A stretch of 64,000 nucleotides of DNA from the human T2T-CHM13v2.0 reference genome, Homo sapiens. Position numbers and translations under genes: made by a program. The stretch lies in NCBI RefSeq assembly GCF_009914755.1, contig NC_060930.1; one strand, 5' to 3'. The notes beneath the pieces are model-generated. The model searched no databases and was not told the DNA's origin. It was given only the letters and a program-made list of their open reading frames with translations. Numbering within the stretch: the first letter of the stretch is position 1; every line of letters starts with the position of its first letter. This document shows, one piece after another, positions 52,182-64,000 of this stretch.

Positions 52182-53068
52182 ACCAGCCATCTGATCAAAG
52201 TTGAATTGTTTTCTCTTTCCCTCCCAATTTTCCAATTTTTAGTAGCTAATAAGAGAGTTAACATTGACTTAACAGCTTTAAAAAAAAAAACAGCCATGCT
52301 ATTGTGAAGCAGAGTTATTATTTTTTTTATACTCCAGGTAGTGTTCTAGATGAGAAAGAGGTAAGAATGAGGGGAATGGGCACAATTTTGGAAATCAATC
52401 CCAAAGAGCCTGAGTAAATGAAAGGCCACTACGAAATGACGCCAGGAGTAACAACGGAACTTCACTTTTGTAACGGGATTTTTATTTTTGCTCTTTTTAT
52501 AGTATCAGGGAAGCAAACTGCCTTTTACAAGTTAGAAAATGCTGTTTGAATCTAGTTGAACCAGGGAATACAGAGCGAGCAATATGTAGCTTGAATTACA
52601 TTTAAAAGCAGATTTTTTACAAACAAAATGGCGAAAGCACTGATTGTCATTTTTAGCAGTCACTTAAGGCCTATAGAACTTTTTTCAAGTCGGAAGGTCC
52701 TGTTCTTACTATCTCAAAAATGGGCATCGAACAATCAATCTAGGAGCGTGGCAGTGGGTAAAATGGTGGACAGGCACCAAAGCTATTTTCTCATCTGTCC
52801 TGTGGATGAGTGGAACTGTGGAACAAGTGATGTGGAATTAATGGGTGCAACAGCTGTACAGACAATCAATAACACACACAGTTCTGGAAAGAACACATCA
52901 CTTGTGCTTGTTTGATGAGCTTGTCACATTCTAATCCCTCTCCCCATCCTGTTTCAATTTTGGGAAACTTGTATCTGCTGGTGTCAGCAATTCTGATTCT
53001 GAAATAGGATCAGGCTTTTACTACAACAGCCTTCTCTTTCTATTTATTGTGTCGACTCGTGGCTTATG

Positions 53069-53074
53069 AATAAA
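53069..53074 (+). terminator. Candidate proximal polyadenylation signal AATAAA
   Basis: Canonical hexamer mid-UTR with a U-rich tract ~35-55 nt downstream. Confidence 0.4.
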
Positions 53075-53912
53075 GGCAGGCAAAGTTTGCAGAACTGTCT
53101 TAAGGACATTTATTTTTTTTCCCTTTTTAAGTAATTTTACACTTTAGTATCTATTTCAGAGTCATATTTAAAACTATTTATTAGTGACTACAGTACATGA
53201 GACAACAAGGTTACTGAGATTACAATTCTTCAAAGGTTAATGATAATGTGGTTTATACTGTGCCTTAATAGTAATGCTATTTAAGATATTTATTTTTAAG
53301 TTTTACTATGCTGCACTCTAAAGAAAGGAACTTTAGATGTGACACTGTAAAATTATGTATTCATCTCATGGCATAAATTATTTAGTAAGTCTAGATGTAG
53401 CGTATTAAATATTAACCTATTCAACTAAAGATGTTGACTTGGATTTATTTAAATTCATATGTGCACTGTATAAGAGAGTACTCTTACATTAACACATTTT
53501 AGTTTAGTTTTTAGATTTTTTTTTAAACGATATATTGCTAGTTTCATGCTTCCTCCTCTGATTTTGCCTGTGTAGATTTCATTTATTGGTAATTCATTAG
53601 TTTAACACTATTATGTAGTTTTTAAATGCTGCTTTACATTTTTCTTCTGAAACTGCAATACTTGCAATTTTTATTCTTAAACTAAATTGAATACTATTTT
53701 ACACTGTATTGGATTTTTATACTTGAACAATTTCATACAAGGGAAGACAGGTTAGCATTTTTATGGACTTTCTCCATTATCACTGGATTTACTTTAAGTA
53801 TTCCCATACTAGACAGTGTTATGTAATGTAGACATGACTCTCCTGTGCAAATTATTTATTCGTTGTGTATATTGCTTTATAACATTTCAGATCTTCTAAT
53901 CTATTCACTTGT

Positions 53913-53918
53913 ATTAAA
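53913..53918 (+). terminator. Distal polyadenylation signal ATTAAA
   Basis: TGTA immediately upstream; cttctgttgcattggctgtttct downstream. Confidence 0.7.
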
Positions 53919-54228
53919 TATAATTTTTAAAAACTTCTGTTGCATTGGCTGTTTCTAATTCTGTAGTAAAGGTCAATGATTTCTCTTTTGAACTTGAATC
54001 AATAGCCATGATTGATACGTAACATTTTCAGTGAGCATAATACTCTCTTGGATGTCCTGGTTTTGTGCCTTTAAAGTAAGTTTCACTAACTGAATATCTA
54101 CTTTACTTAGCAAATGATATAGGTCATCCCCTGTCCCACCAGGGGAGCCCTAAAGGACTTCGTATCACTGAAAACTGGTTAGCTGAAAGATGGCTTGGAA
54201 GGCGTGGGCCAGTAGTAGAGAGGACTAG

Positions 54229-54650
<422 letters not shown>

Positions 54651-54795
54651 GTAATTCACTTTTTTAATGCATTCCTCATCTATAATATTGTGACAATAAT
54701 ACTTGTCTCACATGGTTATTTAAATAATTAAATTTAAAAAGCACACCAACTACTTGCCACAGAGCCAGATACATAGTAAGTAAATATGTAGTAGT

Positions 54796-55087
54796 GGCCA
54801 GGCGCGGTGGCTCACACCTGTAATCCCAGCACTTTGGGAGGCCAAGGCAGGCGGATCATGGGAGACTGAGACCATCCTGGCTAACAGTGAAACCCCTTCT
54901 CCACTAAAAATACAAAAAATTAGCCAGGCATGGTAGCACGTGCCTGTAGTCCCAGCTACTCAGGAGGCTGGGGCAGGAGAATCGGGTAGGAGAATTGCTT
55001 GAACCCAGGAGGTGGAGGTTGCAGTGAGCAGAGATCATGCCACTGCACTCCAGCCTGGGCGACAGAGCAAGACTCTGTCTCAAAAAA

Positions 55088-55145
<58 letters not shown>

Positions 55146-55180
55146 GTGTGTGTGTGTGTATGTATATATATATATATATA
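54796..55180 (+). mobile_element. AluS with (TA)n(TG)n tail
   Basis: Alu body with a local aggagaat duplication; microsatellite at 55091-55180. Confidence 0.92.
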
Positions 55181-55340
55181 GTAGCAATTGTAAGGCCCAA
55201 TAGTGGTAGCTAACCAGAGGAAGTCACCTATTGGGATGTTTTAATTTATATCCACAATGATGTGGTAATATCTAATACGGTATGTGTTAGAATATCAAAT
55301 GAGTGTCATATTGACAGTCTAGAAGTGTATGTTATGCTAA

Positions 55341-55690
<350 letters not shown>

Positions 55691-56155
55691 TGGAATGGAC
55701 TGTTTATTGATTTCTTGGTCCTGATATTTCCCAAATCCATTACATCTTTTCTTGAACTCCATTAGTTTTCAATAATTTTAAGCAACAGAAAGCAGTAATA
55801 ACAGATTCCATAATAGTTTCCATTCCATATCATAACTGTTAGCCTATTTAGACCTATCAACAACCTTAAACTTTAATTTTCCAAGGAAAAATAGTTACCA
55901 GCCTGTCCCCAGGGAGAGAGATTACTGTACCCCAAGGTATTATCTAGGACCACTAAAATAATTTCTAAGCTACTGAATTCAGTCAATGCATCAATGGTTA
56001 TTTCATTCCAAAAGATGTGCTTTAATTTTTCAGATTTATGGAAGGTCACTTTTGTCCTCAATGAGCTGTCTATTGCTGCACTTTAAAATGAAGCAGTTTT
56101 GATTTATTGATAAAAAATAGGTCAGGCAGTTCTGGGAAAAGCTTGTCAAAAATAG

Positions 56156-56852
<697 letters not shown>

Positions 56853-58704
56853 CACAAATACATTTCTAAAAAGAAACAAATAGAAGTTTTTAATATCTAA
56901 TAGGAAGGAGAGAATAGCCGTGACATAATGATTGGTCAGGCACGCTACTTGTAGAGTTAGAGAGAGTAATGGGGCTGAGATCCAAAGTGCTGGGTGAGTC
57001 CTGGCTTCATTACTTACCAGGGTGATCTTAAACCCTTCTAAACGGATAAAATGTGGGTTGATAGTAGTCAGCATAGTTATTCCATCTACTTCTCAGGTTG
57101 TACTCATTGAATAAATTAAGGGAGATGAGAGCATTTTAGAAGTTCTAAAGCATTGAGCAAGGAAATTATCATACCGAGGAAATATGTACAATATTAATTT
57201 GGTAACTGATCTCAATTGTCTCATTAAATGACCCTTCCAAAAGAGGACAAAATCGTATCTCATGTTATCTTTATTCTATCCCAACCAAGGAACAGCTAAA
57301 CTGGCTGTACAATAAAAGCAGCACAAAAATAACGTTGAAAGATGGAGAGATTACCCAGATAAGGGAAAGAGAAGTAGATGAGATTATGGAATACATTTCT
57401 CTCACAAGGGAACTATATTTAGTTCTTTCCTCACTCCTGTCAAATATTGTTCTTCTTAATTCCCTCTGAGGCTTGAAAGCATTCATTAAGATGACAGCTT
57501 GAGGTTTGGAGGGGCAGAGGTGAAGAGGAACCAAAAAATAAATAAATGCGTTTTCATGCTTACTTTTGTCCTCTCTTCTACTTCCAGAGTTCCAGGCTGT
57601 TTCCATGGAAATTCTAACTTTGTTTTGCTTAAGCACTTGGTACAGAAGAGGTTTCATTTTGAGTATTTGTTCTGAGTTGAATTTTAGAAGTTCAATCATG
57701 ATTTTAGCTAAATCATTTACATTTCAAGCTTTGAAGTCCCAATTATAAATCAAACTAAGAAATGAGACAATGCCTATATGAGCCTTTTAGAATTTGTAGA
57801 TAAGAAAAATGATACAGATTTATAGCTTTGATATAAAATAATTCTATCTTATTGCACAATATTTGGTCCTTCTTGACCAACTTGTTCAGAAAGAAAGTCT
57901 ATAAGGTCCCTGTGTCTTCTCTCATTTGTCCCCTGGAAGACAAATACCATTCCTTTTTTATATACAAGAGGCTACCACTAAGCTATTAATATATTTTAAG
58001 TGAGTTGGAGGGTACACATTGTTTTCCATTCCGCCACTATTAGAGGTAATTCCAATTACATTATAACATGGATTGAGTACAAATCGTTACTTCTTTTCAT
58101 TTAATACCTCAGATAATGTGTTCATAAAAGGGCAAATATCAAACTGACTTCCAAAATGAGTTCTAAATGCAAAAACGTAGTTTTGCCAAGTAGAAAATTA
58201 CCTTTTAGCTCTATTTTTAAATGATGGTTATCTGACAGTCCCAACCAGGTATGAACTTATTTACTTTTTATATACTCCTGGCTCTGCCGCCTGTCCTGCA
58301 GATGCCTCAAGGTGAGGCAAAAGAGATACGGTGGGTGCTGTGTGGAGAGTCTTAGGACAGGCATTTTTCATTCTGCATTCACTTGTGTTCATGTTGAAAT
58401 TTGAGGAAAAGGGAGTGTGAAAAGTATGTAGAGGAAAATCATTTATAAAGGGAGAGCAAAAATCAAAAGCATCTCCTAAAAATAGGCAACAGAAGGTGAG
58501 AAGAAGGAGTGGGAGTCACGTGAGCTGGATCATGTGAGACCAGGGCTTGCCACTTAGGGGATCATGGAGGGTAGAAAGGGGTGGTCATTTGTTGAGTGAC
58601 AGGAGACTTCATCTGATGATAGGGAGTGGAGGATCACTCAAAGGACAGTAAACAGATACATTGTTTCCTTCTGTTTTCTAATAAAATAGGAAGGTAACAA
58701 CTGA

Positions 58705-59830
<1,126 letters not shown>

Positions 59831-60398
59831 CCAGCTGAGTTCTTGAACCATGCTTATAAAGGTTTAGGCTTTTTTTTAATGGAATGTATTCTTTGTAACT
59901 GAAAACTTTTAGAAACCATTATGGCACCTCTAGTAGGTTTAGCTAGAGCTCAGTAATGGACATTGGGCCTCCAGGGACAGGGAACATTGGCATTCTTTTA
60001 TCTATTGTCACTTCCTATTTCAAGCAGGCAAGTGAGTGGAAAGAGAGGGGAAAGATTAAAGAAAATGTGTGTACCGTGCTCTCCAGTATACTTTGGATCA
60101 ATGCATGAAGCCATTTGTGGCTGGGAAACTCAAGCTCTTCACATCTGTATTTGCCCTGCAGTGCTGCCTCTGACTTGACACTGGCCTACTCCTGTCAGTG
60201 GGCTTTGGGAGAAATGGAAAGTGCAATGGGATGTGAGAAAAGAGTCCTGCGCCTCTAACCACCTACCATGTGCCAGGTACTTGTATTTAATCCTCACAAC
60301 AGTGATTGGTAGGTAACAGTATCCCCCATTTTTCAAAGAAAAAAGCCTGCCCACAGTCACGGTGTCAGTATGGTGCAGAACCCGGATTTCAAGATGGT

Positions 60399-61137
<739 letters not shown>

Positions 61138-61461
61138 TGTGGCCTGAAACCAAATCCCAAATGCACACCACCTCACTGCACTGCTTTTGACCACTCCTTT
61201 TTCTAGTGAATTCTATGAGTTTCCATTGCTCTTCCTTAAGTAGAGCCATTGGTTCTCTGTCTTGAGCCTCCTGTTACACATGAGCAGGCAACACTGACTT
61301 AGTGGAGAGAAAATGCCTACCTGTAGATTTGAATTTTGGGGGAGGATGGAGACAGAAGATTCCAGGGGAGCTGAAGCAGCCTTCAGGATTGCCCTGAACA
61401 CATTTGATTTATTCTCAACCACAGCTGAATCTATCCTTCTGACCTTCAGCCTAACTTCTAA

Positions 61462-61864
<403 letters not shown>

Positions 61865-62116
61865 CATCAATAGTATTTTCAAAGCACTCTATATGCTTTG
61901 TCGTCTACCACGTTTTGCAATGTGCTTGGCATAAACCAATGCCCCCATGGAAAGATAATACATTGGAAGAGTGCAACTGGGCAAAGGTGAAGTTAAAGGA
62001 AGTATCTGAAATTCCAGGAGGACTCAGGGTAGTTGTCGGTATAAAACCCTGCCTCACAGATCGTTTGGCTTGGGGCTCTCTCTGCAGCTATTGCTTCCTT
62101 TTTGTTTCTCAAATTT

Positions 62117-62255
62117 GTTTTTTTTTTTTTTTTTTTTTAGAGACAGGGTCTCACTATATTGCCCAGGCTGATCTCAAACTCCTGGGCTCAAGCTATCTTC
62201 CTGCCTTGGCCTCCCAAAATCCTGGGATTACAGGTGTGAGCCACCACATCCAGCC
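62117..62255 (-). mobile_element. Alu left monomer (FLAM-like)
   Basis: Single arm with T tail. Confidence 0.85.
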
Positions 62256-63104
62256 TTGCTTTCATTTTTAAAGAGTCATTCTGTGTTATAGATCAATATC
62301 TGAGAAGGAATATTGGTTGTAATAACATCAGTTGAACACCCTTTTCTTTTTCATTTTTTTTTTTTTAACTGTTGTTACTCCTTTACTTTAAATATCCTGA
62401 CTTTTGGCTACCATTTACCGAGCATCCATTTGTGCCAGACGCTGAATGCACTGGCTTACGTCCTCACAACCTCACAGCAGGCCTGGAATTGTCATCTTCA
62501 TTTTACAGAGTGAATGTAATTTGCCCAAAGTCACAACTCAAGATGGTAGAACTGTGAGTTGAAATGGGGATCTGTCCGATGGCAAAGAGTAACTGCCCCT
62601 GGATTATTTTAGCATCTTTTTCTACGTCACTAGGAATTGTCTTAGAAATTCTAAGGAAAGCTAAATAAACATGACTTCAATTCTGGGGTCAAGACCAAAT
62701 CTAAGGACTCTGAGGCGAGTTGTAGACATGATCAAAACCGTTAATAAGGATCATAGAACATAAACATCTCTATGCTCATTTTCTCTCATTTCTATTGGCA
62801 ACATTTGTTCAGTGATAATACTAAGGATTATTATGAGTAGTCATCTTGGCCTCAGTCCACTTGTGCCTTTGTGGGGAAAACATACTAATGCTGTGATTTA
62901 CTATGACAAACTCCTATAAAATTGAATAAGAGTATATCTCAGTTTATGTCAAAGAATATCAAGTAATCATAACCTTTTAATAAACATTGCCTCTTTTAAT
63001 AATAACAACTTTGGATTTAAATAGACAATATAGTTACTAAAGGTGTATGGTTCAAGTCATCTACCACTAATTGCTTGCTTGACTCCTTTAAAACTCAGAG
63101 GAAA

Positions 63105-64000
<896 letters not shown>

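Larger units (their letters stand above)
52182..53940 (+). other. RBM24: RBM24 3' UTR (AU-rich, repeat-free; end approximate)
   Basis: Follows the stop; ends near ATTAAA at 53913-53918 followed by a GU/U-rich element. Confidence 0.8.

Noticed and set aside
52182-52307. 41 in-frame sense codons after the RBM24 stop
   Set aside because: TAG-A is not a recognised readthrough context and the length is within chance
52628-52915. 95-aa ATG ORF in the 3' UTR
   Set aside because: No recognisable homology or coding signature; unsupported without Ribo-seq

Overview
Primate (almost certainly human) genomic DNA containing one complete protein-coding gene, RBM24 (+ strand; from memory this is chr6p22, not verifiable here). 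Four coding exons (41645-41812, 42865-42988, 44717-44771, 51818-52181) have GT-AG junctions and compatible phases, and join to 711 nt = 236 aa: an N-terminal RRM plus an Ala/Tyr/Gln-rich tail with 11- and 13-Ala tracts. The gene has a CpG-island promoter and a ~1.75 kb 3' UTR. The first ~36.7 kb and most of the last 10 kb are nested repeats: roughly 30 Alus, several L1s of different ages, a decayed ERVL-class provirus, MaLR/ERV1 LTRs and a MER53. Almost all short ORFs in the track are repeat- or GC-derived artefacts. I see no new multi-gene system. The best leads concern RBM24 isoform potential: an in-frame non-AUG 5' extension encoding an RS-like peptide, a fully open +1 frame in exon 4 reached by exon-3 skipping, cryptic terminal exons in intron 3, and RRM-less start sites. 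Several DNA-repair or retrotransposition scars also stand out: a near-identical multi-segment templated insertion at 59411-59492, a head-to-head AluY pair, parallel Alu insertions at one L1 site, and an L1 inversion resembling twin priming. Repeat subfamily names come from recalled consensus sequences, and repeat boundaries are approximate unless a target-site duplication (TSD) is quoted.
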